Assembly (NCBI GenBank): GCA_902622985.1
Contig: CACNSH010000004.1
Coordinates: 66 to 64,065, forward strand
Direction: 5' to 3'
Length of the DNA stretch: 64,000 nt
Source of the DNA: an uncultured Pelagibacteraceae bacterium
Lineage (GTDB): Bacteria; Pseudomonadota; Alphaproteobacteria; Pelagibacterales; AG-422-B15
Under the pieces are notes generated by a model, which was not told where the DNA came from, ran no database searches, and was given only the letters and a program-made list of their open reading frames with translations. Both the position numbers and the translations under genes were made by a program. Each line of letters starts with the position of its first letter. Positions within the stretch are counted from its first letter, which is position 1. Below are positions 24,807 to 37,189 of this stretch, in pieces.

Positions 24807-25787
24807 ATGTCAGATATGAAAACTTATGAATACATATGGCTCGATGGTTATACACCAGAGCCTTTTATGAGAAGTAAAGTAAAAGCAACCGAAGAAAAAT
24901 CAGCACCGGACTGGTCATTTGATGGTTCATCTACTCAACAAGCAGAGGGAGGAAGCTCAGACTGTCTTCTTCTTCCCGTTCAAACTTATTCTAATCCAAA
25001 TGGACACGATATAGTAATGACACAGGTACAGGCTGCAGACCATACAACTCATCCATCAAACTTTAGAGCTGCGGCAGCGGAAGTTGTTTCCGACGAATGG
25101 TGGTTTGGTTTTGAACAAGAATTCTTTTTAACTGACGCTAAAACCGGTGAACCACTTGGCTGGGAAGATGGCACGCCAAGAGAGCAAGGTGAATTTTATT
25201 GTGGCGTTGGAGCGGGCAATGTTGTTGGTAGAGCGATATCAGATGCACATCTAAAAGCTTGTATAGATCTTGGGATTACACTTACTGGAACTAATGCAGA
25301 AGTTGCACTAGGCCAATGGGAATATCAATGCTTTGGAAAAGGTATTAAAGCAGCTGATGATTTATGGGTAAGCCGATATTTACTCATGAAAACTGCTGAG
25401 GAACATGGCGTTGGAGTGAACTTTCACCCGAAACCAAAAACTGGTGATTGGAACGGTTCTGGTATGCACACTAATTTTTCTAATGAACAAATGAGATCTT
25501 CTGGATCGGAAGAATTATTTACATCAATGTGCGACAAACTTGGAAAGGTTCATGAAGAAGGTATTGCGGCTTATGGATCTGACAATAATATGAGGCTTAC
25601 TGGACTTCACGAGACACAAAGTATCGATAAATTTTCATATGGTGTAAGTGATAGAGGTGCTAGTATACGTATTCCAGTTTATACTGTTGAACATAATTGG
25701 AATGGGTATCTTGAAGATAGAAGGCCAGCATCGAATGCTGATCCATACAAAATTGTATCACATATAGTTGGGACTTTGACTAAATAA
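24807..25787 (+). CDS. glnII: glutamine synthetase type II (eukaryote-like)
   Basis: It is 326 aa with an N-terminal YEYIWLDGYTP and the motif GSGMHTNFS. Length and motifs fit GSII rather than GSI. Confidence 0.8.
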   Translation: MSDMKTYEYIWLDGYTPEPFMRSKVKATEEKSAPDWSFDGSSTQQAEGGSSDCLLLPVQTYSNPNGHDIVMTQVQAADHTTHPSNFRAAAAEVVSDEWWFGFEQEFFLTDAKTGEPLGWEDGTPREQGEFYCGVGAGNVVGRAISDAHLKACIDLGITLTGTNAEVALGQWEYQCFGKGIKAADDLWVSRYLLMKTAEEHGVGVNFHPKPKTGDWNGSGMHTNFSNEQMRSSGSEELFTSMCDKLGKVHEEGIAAYGSDNNMRLTGLHETQSIDKFSYGVSDRGASIRIPVYTVEHNWNGYLEDRRPASNADPYKIVSHIVGTLTK

Positions 25788-25808
25788 ATTCCATAATTAG
25801 GGGATCAT

Positions 25809-27218
25809 ATGGGTACTGCAACCGAAGTACTAAAAAAATTTAAAAATGGTGAAGTCAAGTATCTCGATATGAGATTTACTGATCCAAAAGGTAAACTTCA
25901 ACATTTAACGATGGACGGTACAGCAGTAGACGATGATCTCCTAAACAGCGGAGTCTTCTTTGATGGATCCTCTATATCTGGCTGGAAAGCTATAAATGAG
26001 TCAGACATGGTTCTCAAACCGGACTTAACCACAACAGTAATGGATCCTTTTACAGCCCAGCCAACATTAATTGTATTTTGCGATGTTCTCGATGCAGTGT
26101 CAAAGGAACCATATGAGAGAGATCCAAGAGGAACTGCAAGAAAAGCAGAAGAGTATGTCAAATCAAGTGGAATTGGCGATACTATATATATGGGTCCAGA
26201 AGCAGAGTTTTTTATATTTGATGATGTAAAATTTCAAGTTGATATGAACAAATCAATGTTTGAAATTGATAGTACTGAAGGTCCATATAATTCTGGACGC
26301 TCTTATGAAAGTGGCAACTTAGCACACAGGCCAGGTGTTAAAGGAGGATATTTTCCTGTACCGCCCGTTGATAGCGCTCAAGATATAAGAACAGAATTTC
26401 TTGAAGAATTAAAAAATTTAGGACTTAAGATGGAAAAACATCATCATGAAGTTGCTCCAAGTCAACATGAATTAGGACTGAAGTTTGATACTTTACTTAA
26501 ACAGGGCGATGCTATGCAGCTTTATAAGTATGGCGTACACATGGTCGCTAATGCATTTGGTAAAACTGCTACATTCATGCCTAAACCAGTTAAAGGTGAT
26601 AATGGAACTGGAATGCATACACACCAATCCATATGGAAAAATGGCAAACCTCTATTTGCAGGAGATAAATATGCAGGCTTATCCGAGATGGCATTGCACT
26701 ACATTGGTGGTATCATAAAACATGGAAGGGCACTTAACGCGTTTACGAATGCTAGCACAAACAGTTATAAGAGACTGATACCAGGGTTTGAGGCCCCTGT
26801 AATACTCGTATACTCAGCAAGAAACAGATCCGCCTCATGTCGCATACCTGTTTCAGATAATCCGAAAGGAAAAAGAGTTGAAGTAAGGTTTCCAGATCCT
26901 TCGGCAAATCCTTATTTAGCATTTTCAGCAATGCTTATGGCTGGGATGGACGGTATTAAAAACAAAATTGATCCAGGAAATGCTGCCGATGAAGATCTTT
27001 ATGAATTGCCAGAGGCAGAAGTTAAAAAATTGCCAACTGTTTGTGGCTCTCTTAGAGAGGCACTTGAGGCGGTTGACGAAGATAGAGCTTTTTTAACTGA
27101 GGGTGGAGTTTTTACTGATGACCAAATTGATGCATATATAGACCTGAAAATGGAAGATGTATATGATCTGGAACATTCTCCTCATCCTATTGAATACAAA
27201 AACTATTTTAGTGTGTGA
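25809..27218 (+). CDS. glnA: glutamine synthetase type I
   Basis: It is 469 aa with KYLDMRFTDPKGK, GTGMHTHQS and NSYKRLIPGFEAP. An adenylylation-loop-like DLYELP is present. Confidence 0.95.
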   Translation: MGTATEVLKKFKNGEVKYLDMRFTDPKGKLQHLTMDGTAVDDDLLNSGVFFDGSSISGWKAINESDMVLKPDLTTTVMDPFTAQPTLIVFCDVLDAVSKEPYERDPRGTARKAEEYVKSSGIGDTIYMGPEAEFFIFDDVKFQVDMNKSMFEIDSTEGPYNSGRSYESGNLAHRPGVKGGYFPVPPVDSAQDIRTEFLEELKNLGLKMEKHHHEVAPSQHELGLKFDTLLKQGDAMQLYKYGVHMVANAFGKTATFMPKPVKGDNGTGMHTHQSIWKNGKPLFAGDKYAGLSEMALHYIGGIIKHGRALNAFTNASTNSYKRLIPGFEAPVILVYSARNRSASCRIPVSDNPKGKRVEVRFPDPSANPYLAFSAMLMAGMDGIKNKIDPGNAADEDLYELPEAEVKKLPTVCGSLREALEAVDEDRAFLTEGGVFTDDQIDAYIDLKMEDVYDLEHSPHPIEYKNYFSV

Positions 27219-27274
27219 CAATTAGTTGAATTCTAAAGGGTGACCTTTGCAAATAAAATGCTATATATATTAAA

Positions 27275-28450
27275 ATGGAATTAACAACAGAACACGAAGA
27301 ATTAAAGAGATCAGCTCTTAAATTCGTTGATGATGAAATTAACCCTTATGTTGACGAGTGGGAAGAAAATGAAATTTTTCCAGCTCATGAGCTATTCAAA
27401 AAATTAGGTGATCAAGGATTTCTTGGAGTAACTAAACCTGAAAAGTACGGTGGATCTGGATTAGACTATTCATACGGAGCAGTTCTTAATGAGGCATTGG
27501 CACATATTAAATGTGGCGGTGTTCCAATGGCTATTGGTGTACAGACAGATATGTCAACTCCGGCATTGGCGCGCTTCGGCAGTGAAGAGATATGCAATGA
27601 ATTTTTAAAACCATCCATTACTGGAGATCTTGTTTCTTGTCTTGGTGTTTCTGAACCAAGTGCTGGTTCTGATGTGGCTGCTATTAAGACTCATGCAGTT
27701 AAGGATGGTGATGATTACCTAATCAATGGTTCAAAAATGTGGATTACAAATGGCACTCAAGCAGACTGGATGTGTATGCTTGCAAACACTGAAACAGACC
27801 ATAAGAATAAACATTTAAACAAATCTCTCATATGTGTACCTCTTAAGGAAAATGGCAAAAGAGCAAAAGGTGTTACGATCAATCGTAAATTAAAAAAAAT
27901 GGGCATGCATTCGTCTGATACTGCTGAAATATTTTTTGATGATGTAAGAGTTCCACAAAAAAATTTAGTCGGAGAAGAAGGCAAAGGCTTTATTTATCAA
28001 ATGATGCAATTTCAAGAGGAAAGACTTTATGCAGCTATCGCTGGCTATACTGGCTGTGAATTAGCTATTAATGAAACTATTAATTATACAAGACAAAGAA
28101 AAACATTTGGCAAGCCAATTCTAGATAATCAGATTGTTCATTATAAACTTTCAGAACTTATGACGGAAGTTGAAGCTTTAAAGGCTCTTACATGGAAAGG
28201 AATTGAGATACATGTAAATGGTGGTGATTGTACAAAGCTAGCTTCAATGTCAAAGTTAAAGGCGACAAGACTCTCTAGAAAAGTTAATGATGAGTGCTTA
28301 CAATATTGGGGTGGAATGGGTTATATGGATGAGTCACCTATTTCAAGAGCGTATAGAGATGGACGATTAGGTTCAATAGGCGGTGGATCAGATGAAGTAA
28401 TGCTTGGCATTATCTCAAAATATCTCGATATTCTTCCAGGAAAAAATTAA
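27275..28450 (+). CDS. acyl-CoA dehydrogenase (isovaleryl-/short-branched-chain-like)
   Basis: The ACAD motifs are CLGVSEPSAGSDVAA, KMWITNG and GGGSDEVM. Substrate class is not resolvable from sequence alone. Confidence 0.8.
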   Translation: MELTTEHEELKRSALKFVDDEINPYVDEWEENEIFPAHELFKKLGDQGFLGVTKPEKYGGSGLDYSYGAVLNEALAHIKCGGVPMAIGVQTDMSTPALARFGSEEICNEFLKPSITGDLVSCLGVSEPSAGSDVAAIKTHAVKDGDDYLINGSKMWITNGTQADWMCMLANTETDHKNKHLNKSLICVPLKENGKRAKGVTINRKLKKMGMHSSDTAEIFFDDVRVPQKNLVGEEGKGFIYQMMQFQEERLYAAIAGYTGCELAINETINYTRQRKTFGKPILDNQIVHYKLSELMTEVEALKALTWKGIEIHVNGGDCTKLASMSKLKATRLSRKVNDECLQYWGGMGYMDESPISRAYRDGRLGSIGGGSDEVMLGIISKYLDILPGKN

Positions 28451-30088
28451 TTACATTCTTGCAACGCCAAAAGTATTTGGCTTTAACTCTCTTTTATCGC
28501 CATCACTGATGATGTTTAAGCATTCACCTAAAATCTTTCTTGTATCTTTTGGATCAATTATTCCATCATCCCATAATCTTGCTGAGCAAAATATTGCTTC
28601 ACCTTCCTCACGGTACTGATCAATTATTTTCTGCTTCATACCTTCAAGCATTTCAAGGTTCTCTCCGTATATTTTTTTGGGGTCTTGACCTTTTCGTTCG
28701 GCACCTTCAAGAGCCACTTGAGCCATTGTTCTAGCGGCCTGTTCCCCTCCCATTACACTCATTTTTGCATTTGGCCATGAGAATAAAAATCTAGGATCAT
28801 AAGATCTTCCTGCCATTCCATATTCTCCCGCACCAAAAGAGGCCCCAATCCTAAGTGTTATTTTAGGAACAGTGCAATTAGTAACCGCTTGTATCATCTT
28901 TGATCCGTGTCGTATCATTCCTTTTGCTTCCTCTTTTGTACCCACCATAAAGCCAGTTATGTTTTGAAGGAAAATTAGTGGTGTATTGGATTGAGAGCAA
29001 ATTTGTATGAATTGTGTAGCTTTATTGGCACTTTCAGAAAATATTGGTCCATTGTTTCCTAAAATACCAACCTTATATCCTTGAATAGTTGCATGTCCTG
29101 TTATGAGGGTTTTGCCCCAGCCTTCTTTAAACTCTAAGAAATCAGAACCATCAACAATTCTTGCAATCACTTCCCGGCAATCGTAGGGGGTCTTATAATC
29201 AACAGGTACAACCCCTGTTAACTCATCAGGTGAATAAACAGGTTCTTCATACTCAGACTTTTGGGTAGAAATGAAATCATTATTCCATCCAATATTCTTC
29301 ATTACATCTCTTGCAATCTCGATTGCATGCGCATCATCGTTTGCCATATACTCTGCAAGTCCAGAAACAGCAAAATGTAAATCTGCTCCACCAATTTCCT
29401 CATCGGTTGCAATTTCACCAAGAGAAGCTTTCAATAAAGGAGGTCCTGCTAAAAATATTTTTGATCTTTCCTTAACTACAATGATGTAGTCAGATAAACC
29501 TGTCTGATAAGCACCGCCTGCGGTTGATGAGCCATGAACTACACCAATAGTTGGAATTCCCTTAGCTGACATTTTTGATAGATTAGCAAAGCTTCTACCT
29601 CCTTTTATAAACATATCGGTTTGTCTGAGCAAGTTTGCCCCAGCGCTTTCTATTAGTTGTATAAAAGGTAATTTATTTTCAAAAATTATTTGTGCCCCTC
29701 TTAATGCTTTTTCGGTACCCATCGCAGAAGCACTTCCGCCTTTAATGCCAGCATCTGAAACGCCAACCATGCAACGAACCCCAGCTACGTAACCAATACC
29801 ACTAATAGAATTTCCCCATCCAATATTTTTATCTCCATCATCATCTCCAATTTTGTATCCAGCAAGAGTTGATAATGGAAGCCAAAAACTACCAGGGTCT
29901 AATAGTCTTTTTAGTCGTTCACGAGGCAACAACTGTCCTCTTTTATCAAATTTTTCTTTAGACCTCGAGGAGTTGTCTGCTATTTTTTGTTCTAAACTTC
30001 TGATTTCATCAATAAGTTTTTGATGGTCCTCTTGATTTTTTTTGAAGGACTTTGAATTGATCATTATTTTTGACTCAATAACTGGCAT
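28451..30088 (-). CDS. acyl-CoA carboxylase carboxyltransferase (beta) subunit, methylcrotonyl-/geranyl-CoA carboxylase-like
   Basis: It is 545 aa with tandem carboxyltransferase domains. The N-terminal RGQLLPRERLKRLLDPGS and GGSASAMG...GSSTAGGAY are typical of MccB/PccB-family proteins. Confidence 0.8.
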   Translation of the reverse strand: MPVIESKIMINSKSFKKNQEDHQKLIDEIRSLEQKIADNSSRSKEKFDKRGQLLPRERLKRLLDPGSFWLPLSTLAGYKIGDDDGDKNIGWGNSISGIGYVAGVRCMVGVSDAGIKGGSASAMGTEKALRGAQIIFENKLPFIQLIESAGANLLRQTDMFIKGGRSFANLSKMSAKGIPTIGVVHGSSTAGGAYQTGLSDYIIVVKERSKIFLAGPPLLKASLGEIATDEEIGGADLHFAVSGLAEYMANDDAHAIEIARDVMKNIGWNNDFISTQKSEYEEPVYSPDELTGVVPVDYKTPYDCREVIARIVDGSDFLEFKEGWGKTLITGHATIQGYKVGILGNNGPIFSESANKATQFIQICSQSNTPLIFLQNITGFMVGTKEEAKGMIRHGSKMIQAVTNCTVPKITLRIGASFGAGEYGMAGRSYDPRFLFSWPNAKMSVMGGEQAARTMAQVALEGAERKGQDPKKIYGENLEMLEGMKQKIIDQYREEGEAIFCSARLWDDGIIDPKDTRKILGECLNIISDGDKRELKPNTFGVARM

Positions 30089-30172
30089 GCTAAAATCCTA
30101 ATAAATTCATGCCGTTAGAGTAAATAAATATTACACAAAGTAAAGAATCTATTATTAGTTGTATTGTTTGTT

Positions 30173-32170
30173 ATGAGAAAAAAATCAAAGAAAAATAAAT
30201 CAATTAAAAAGAAGAGTTCATCGAAAAAAACAATAAAAAATTCAAACTCATCTTACACCGCAAAAGATATTGAAGTCCTTGAAGGCTTAGAACCAGTCAG
30301 AAAGAGACCTGGAATGTACATTGGGGGCACAGATATTATGGCGATGCATCATCTTGTAAGCGAGGTTCTTGATAATTCAATGGATGAAGTTGTTGCTGGT
30401 TTTGCCAACAAAGTAGAAATTAAGCTTGTTTCTCAGGATACGATTGAAATCTCTGATAATGGGAGAGGTATTCCTGTTGATAAGCATCCAAAATTCAAAA
30501 TACCTGCAGCTGAAGTCATTATGACAACACTACATTCCGGGGGCAAGTTTTCAAAAAATAATTACAAAACTTCTGGCGGTTTGCATGGTGTTGGAATTTC
30601 TGTTGTGAACGCGCTATCTAAAAAACTTACACTTGAAATTGCAAGAGATAAAAAATATTTTGTTCAAACTTATAGTCAAGGTTCTCCTAAAAATAAATTA
30701 AAAGCATCCGCAAAAGGTCCTCTTAAAAAGGGAACGAAAATAGTATTTTCACCTGACCCAGAAATTTTTGGCAAAGAAATAGAATTTGATGCTTCAATTA
30801 TATATAATATGGCAAAAGCTAAAGCCTACCTGATACCAGATGTTGAAATTCATTGGTCATGCAGTAAGGCAACCGCCAAAAAAAATATTCCTTTATCAGA
30901 TAAACTACATTACTCCGATGGAATTAAAGACTATTTAAATAATCTTTGCACGCCAAATGACCCTATTTTTGAAGATCCATTTTATTTCAACACAAATATA
31001 GATGATGATAGTGGTAAAATTGAAGGAATTATTAATTGGTTCGATTCGATGGAACCTATAAATGAGTCTTTTTGTAACACAATTAAAACCCCATTGGGGG
31101 GCACTCATGAAAGCGGTTTCAAGTCAGGAATTTATAAGGCATTTAAAGATTTTTCAAAAATTAAATACGAAAAGAAATCATCTCAAATTAACCAAGAAGA
31201 TCTCTTTGGTTCATCTGGATCAATCTTATCTGCTTTTATTGAAAACCCTGAGTTTCAAGGTCAGACAAAAGAAAAATTATCAAGTATAGAGCCTGGTCGT
31301 AAAATTGAAATGAAAGCACGACAACTATTTGAACAATGGCTTACAAAAAAAACTAGGTCGGCAGATGAATTATTTCAATACGCATTTAATCGATCACAGT
31401 TAAGACTGCAAAGCAAATCAAATCAAATCATAGAAAAAAATATAAAAAGAAAAAAAACAACTTTACCAGGTAAACTTGCTGATTGTTCAATTGATGGTAA
31501 TAAAGGAACTGAAATTTTTCTTGTTGAAGGAGACTCTGCTGGTGGATCAGCAAAACAAGCTAGAGATCGCCAAACACAGGCCATATTACCTTTAAGGGGT
31601 AAGATTTTAAATGTGATCAGTGCTGGAAGAGATAAAATAAATGCAAACCAAGAAATTACTGATTTGATGCAAGCTATTGGATGTAAGCGAGGAGATAAAT
31701 TTAATAGCAAAGATATTAGATACGAAAAAATTATAATTATGACAGATGCTGATGTTGATGGTGCTCATATATCTACCTTATTAATGGCATTCTTCTATAA
31801 AGAATTTCCAAAACTAATTGATGAAGGACATCTGTACTTATCCGTGCCTCCTTTATACAAAATATCTAAAGGAGCTAAAACGTATTATGCTGTAAATGAT
31901 AAGCATAAAGATGAAATAATAAAAAAAGAATTTAAAAATTCAGATGTTACCATTAATAGATTTAAAGGATTAGGTGAGATGATGCCTGCTCAATTGAAAG
32001 AGACAACTATGTCGCAGGAAAATAGAACCTTATTAAAAGTTCAAATTGCATCAAAAGACAAAAAGAAAACTCATAAATCTGTAGATTCTTTAATGGGCAA
32101 AAAACCTGAGTTGAGATTTAAGTTTATTGTCGAAAACTCAAAAAAAATAGCAGCTGAGAGTATTCTCTAA
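30173..32170 (+). CDS. parE: DNA topoisomerase IV subunit B with a Lys/Ser-rich N-terminal extension
   Basis: It has a GHKL ATPase domain (EVLEGLEPVRKRPGMYIGG; HHLVSEVLDNSMDE), a Toprim domain (FLVEGDSAGGSAKQ; IMTDADVDGAHI) and RFKGLGEM. At about 665 aa it lacks the roughly 170-aa GyrB insertion, so I call it ParE. I prefer the ATG at 30173 to the track's TTG at 30164. Confidence 0.75.
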   Translation: MRKKSKKNKSIKKKSSSKKTIKNSNSSYTAKDIEVLEGLEPVRKRPGMYIGGTDIMAMHHLVSEVLDNSMDEVVAGFANKVEIKLVSQDTIEISDNGRGIPVDKHPKFKIPAAEVIMTTLHSGGKFSKNNYKTSGGLHGVGISVVNALSKKLTLEIARDKKYFVQTYSQGSPKNKLKASAKGPLKKGTKIVFSPDPEIFGKEIEFDASIIYNMAKAKAYLIPDVEIHWSCSKATAKKNIPLSDKLHYSDGIKDYLNNLCTPNDPIFEDPFYFNTNIDDDSGKIEGIINWFDSMEPINESFCNTIKTPLGGTHESGFKSGIYKAFKDFSKIKYEKKSSQINQEDLFGSSGSILSAFIENPEFQGQTKEKLSSIEPGRKIEMKARQLFEQWLTKKTRSADELFQYAFNRSQLRLQSKSNQIIEKNIKRKKTTLPGKLADCSIDGNKGTEIFLVEGDSAGGSAKQARDRQTQAILPLRGKILNVISAGRDKINANQEITDLMQAIGCKRGDKFNSKDIRYEKIIIMTDADVDGAHISTLLMAFFYKEFPKLIDEGHLYLSVPPLYKISKGAKTYYAVNDKHKDEIIKKEFKNSDVTINRFKGLGEMMPAQLKETTMSQENRTLLKVQIASKDKKKTHKSVDSLMGKKPELRFKFIVENSKKIAAESIL

Positions 32171-33624
32171 GATAACCTTTTTATATTTTTTTCCGTAGAT
32201 TCAGTAAATGGAGCTGTAATCATCTTACCCGCATCTAAGATATTTTGACCCTTCAGAACTGATCTCTTATGACTAAAGTTCTTAAAGCCATCGTAACCAT
32301 GATAAGAGCCCATTCCACTAGGACCAACTCCTCCAAAAGGTAGATCATGCATAGAAAATTGGAATAAGACATCGTTTATAACCGCTTGACCAGATGAAGT
32401 ATTGTTTAACACAGTATCAATTTCTTTTTTGTCATCGCCAAAATAATATATTGCAAGCGCTTTAGGGTTCTTATTTATGAACTCTATTGTTTCACTAAAG
32501 CTTTTGTATGTTTTTACTGGCAATAAAGGTCCAAATATTTCTTCTTGCATAATCTTCATATCATCCGTTGGATTTAAAACTAAAGTAGGTAATATTTTAT
32601 GGTGCTCTTGTTGCGAAAGGTCTTCGTTTGCAGGGTTTATTTCTACAATAGTAGCTCCCTTTGACTCAGCATCTTTTACTAATTCACGAAGTCTCTCGTA
32701 GTGATTCAAATGAATTATGGATGTATAATCTGGATTATTTTTTATCGTTGGATAATTTTCACTAACATGGGATTTTGCATGATCAACAAATTCATCTGTT
32801 TGCCCCTCAGGAACCATTACATAATCAGGTGATATGCAAATTTGCCCTCCATTTAAGAGCTTTCCCATCATTATCTTATCAACACTTTTTTTCATTTTGG
32901 CATTTGGACCAACTATTACTGGTGACTTGCCACCCAATTCAAGAGTAAGCGGTACTAAATTTGATGCTGCCTCAGATGCAACTTTTTTAGCTACATTTGT
33001 TGATCCAGTGAAAAGCAGATGATCAAAAGGTAATCCTGCAAAATCTTGTGAGGTTTGAGGACCTCCATTTACTATAACAACTTCTTCATCACTAAAAAAT
33101 TTATTAATAAGTTCTTCGGTTAATTCAGAGGTTGCTGGAACGAACTCTGAGAGCTTCATCATTGCATTATTTCCAGCCGCAAATATTTCTATTAAAGGCG
33201 CAATACTCAGAGTTAGTGGGAAGTTCCAAGGAGAAATAACACCAACTACTCCATAAGGCTGGAATTGAACATAAGCTTTTGCGCCAAGTAATCCTAATGG
33301 GAAGTTAGGTTTTCGCTTATCAGGCTTAACCCATCTTTTAATATTTTTTAAGGCGTCTTTTGCATTATTAATAACAGGCATTGTGTCAGCCATTAGGCTT
33401 AACTGCTCATGTCGTGTGCCAAAATCAGATCTTAACGCGTCATGAAAAGCATCTATATTTTCCTCAACTAAAGTTTGTATTCTTTTTATACGATCAATAC
33501 GTACATTTAAATCTGGGTTGAAGTTTTTTAAAAATGGTTGTTTTAATTTATTTAATTTTGAGAGCATTTCGTCTCTACTTACCTCAGGATAAGTGCTCCC
33601 TATAGATACGTTTCCTAATCCCAT
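32167..33624 (-). CDS. NAD(P)-dependent aldehyde dehydrogenase (class-3 / coniferyl-aldehyde-dehydrogenase-like)
   Basis: It has ELGGKSP, the catalytic Cys region GQICISPDY, and EEIFGP. The start is uncertain (Met1 or Met20). Confidence 0.8.
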   Translation of the reverse strand: MGLGNVSIGSTYPEVSRDEMLSKLNKLKQPFLKNFNPDLNVRIDRIKRIQTLVEENIDAFHDALRSDFGTRHEQLSLMADTMPVINNAKDALKNIKRWVKPDKRKPNFPLGLLGAKAYVQFQPYGVVGVISPWNFPLTLSIAPLIEIFAAGNNAMMKLSEFVPATSELTEELINKFFSDEEVVIVNGGPQTSQDFAGLPFDHLLFTGSTNVAKKVASEAASNLVPLTLELGGKSPVIVGPNAKMKKSVDKIMMGKLLNGGQICISPDYVMVPEGQTDEFVDHAKSHVSENYPTIKNNPDYTSIIHLNHYERLRELVKDAESKGATIVEINPANEDLSQQEHHKILPTLVLNPTDDMKIMQEEIFGPLLPVKTYKSFSETIEFINKNPKALAIYYFGDDKKEIDTVLNNTSSGQAVINDVLFQFSMHDLPFGGVGPSGMGSYHGYDGFKNFSHKRSVLKGQNILDAGKMITAPFTESTEKNIKRLS

Positions 33625-33718
33625 ATTTTATCCTTTATTAAACAAGTTTTATAAACTAATCCAAAATAACAAAAAAATATACTTTTTTGTTTTCTCATAT
33701 ACATGTAATACTTAATAA

Positions 33719-34504
33719 ATGACCAATGTTTTAAAAACTGAAATCGTTGATGATATAGCTATTTTAACGCTGAATGACCCTGAAAGGCTAAACGCACTTT
33801 CTATGGACATGATTTCAGAGCTTCATAAGCAGGTAAAATCTATAAATAGTGGAGAATTAAAAGTTCGATGTGCCGTCCTAACAGGAGCTGGAAGAGGTTT
33901 TTGTGCGGGCGCAAACCTCGTTGAAGGAGCAAGCTTAGGTGATAATATAGATCCGGGAGAAACCTTAGAAAAAGTTTACCATCCTTTTTTAATAGATTTA
34001 AAAAATCTAAATGTTCCATTGATTACGGCTGTTAATGGCGTGGCTGCTGGCGCAGGTTGTTCATTGGGTGTATTTGGAGATTTAGTTTATGCCTCTAAAT
34101 CTGCATACTTTTATCAAGCGTTTAAATTTATAGGTCTTGTACCAGATGCTAGCTCTACGTACGTTATTCCTCGAAAAATAGGTATGGCAAGAGCAATGGA
34201 ATTTTCATTAATTGGTGAAAAAGTTTTAGCTGATAAAGCTCTTGAATGGGGTCTTGTAAATCATGTTGTTGAAGATGACAAACTAATGGAAGAAGTAATG
34301 AATACAGCAAGAACATTAGCTTCAGGACCTACTGTAGCTTTAAAATTAATTAAACAATTATATTGGGATAGTTTTTCGAATAACTTTGAAGGTCAGCTTG
34401 CTGCGGAAAGCTCAGCACAAACAATTGCTGGCAAAACTGAGGATAGCAAAATTGGAGTAATGTCGTTCATTCAAAAGAAAAAAGCTGAATTCAAAGGTAA
34501 GTAA
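33719..34504 (+). CDS. enoyl-CoA hydratase/isomerase family protein
   Basis: It has the crotonase fold, with oxyanion motif LTGAGRGFCAGANL and AVNGVAAGAGCSL. Confidence 0.85.
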   Translation: MTNVLKTEIVDDIAILTLNDPERLNALSMDMISELHKQVKSINSGELKVRCAVLTGAGRGFCAGANLVEGASLGDNIDPGETLEKVYHPFLIDLKNLNVPLITAVNGVAAGAGCSLGVFGDLVYASKSAYFYQAFKFIGLVPDASSTYVIPRKIGMARAMEFSLIGEKVLADKALEWGLVNHVVEDDKLMEEVMNTARTLASGPTVALKLIKQLYWDSFSNNFEGQLAAESSAQTIAGKTEDSKIGVMSFIQKKKAEFKGK

Positions 34505-36627
<2,123 letters not shown>

Positions 36628-36632
36628 GAAAA

Positions 36633-37184
36633 CTATAGATCTGAAATGACCCTTACAGTTATCATTTCATCTGGGTCATCTACACTTCCAGAGCCTGGCT
36701 CTCCTCGTTTAATCTTGTCAACAAACTCCATCCCTTCTACGACTTGACCAAAAACAGTATACTGCCCGTCTAGATGTGGAGCCTCGGCAAAACATATAAA
36801 AAATTGACTATTAGCTGAGTCCGGGTTTGCTGTTCTTGCCATTGATACTGTTCCACGAAGATGAGGTGTATCACCAAATTCATTTTTCAAATCAGGTTTG
36901 GTTGATCCGCCTGTTCCATTTCTATTTTCGCCATCACCAGTTTGAGCCATAAAGCCCTCTATAACACGGTGAAAGGGTACTCCATCATAAAAGCCTTCTC
37001 TTGCAAGTTCTTTAATTCTATTTACGTGATTTGGAGCAATATCAGGTAGTAATTCTATTATTACATTACCATCTTTCAGCTCTATTTGGATTGAATTTTC
37101 TGGATCATTTGCCATGACAACTCCTTCTGCGATTAACGCTATAAAAAATGAAAATACAAAGATTAAAGTTCTTATTAATTTCAT
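36633..37184 (-). CDS. periplasmic cyclophilin-type peptidyl-prolyl cis-trans isomerase
   Basis: It has a signal peptide and the cyclophilin motifs FHRVIEGFMAQTGD and SANSQFFI. Confidence 0.9.
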   Translation of the reverse strand: MKLIRTLIFVFSFFIALIAEGVVMANDPENSIQIELKDGNVIIELLPDIAPNHVNRIKELAREGFYDGVPFHRVIEGFMAQTGDGENRNGTGGSTKPDLKNEFGDTPHLRGTVSMARTANPDSANSQFFICFAEAPHLDGQYTVFGQVVEGMEFVDKIKRGEPGSGSVDDPDEMITVRVISDL

Positions 37185-37189
37185 TTTAT

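Noticed and set aside
27235-27248. A hairpin AAAGG-GTGA-CCTTT lies downstream of glnA.
   Set aside because: It has only 5 bp and no following U-tract, so it is indistinguishable from chance in this composition.
30164-30172. The track gives a TTG start for parE.
   Set aside because: An in-frame ATG lies 9 nt downstream (30173). Nothing supports the rarer TTG. The difference is only three residues.
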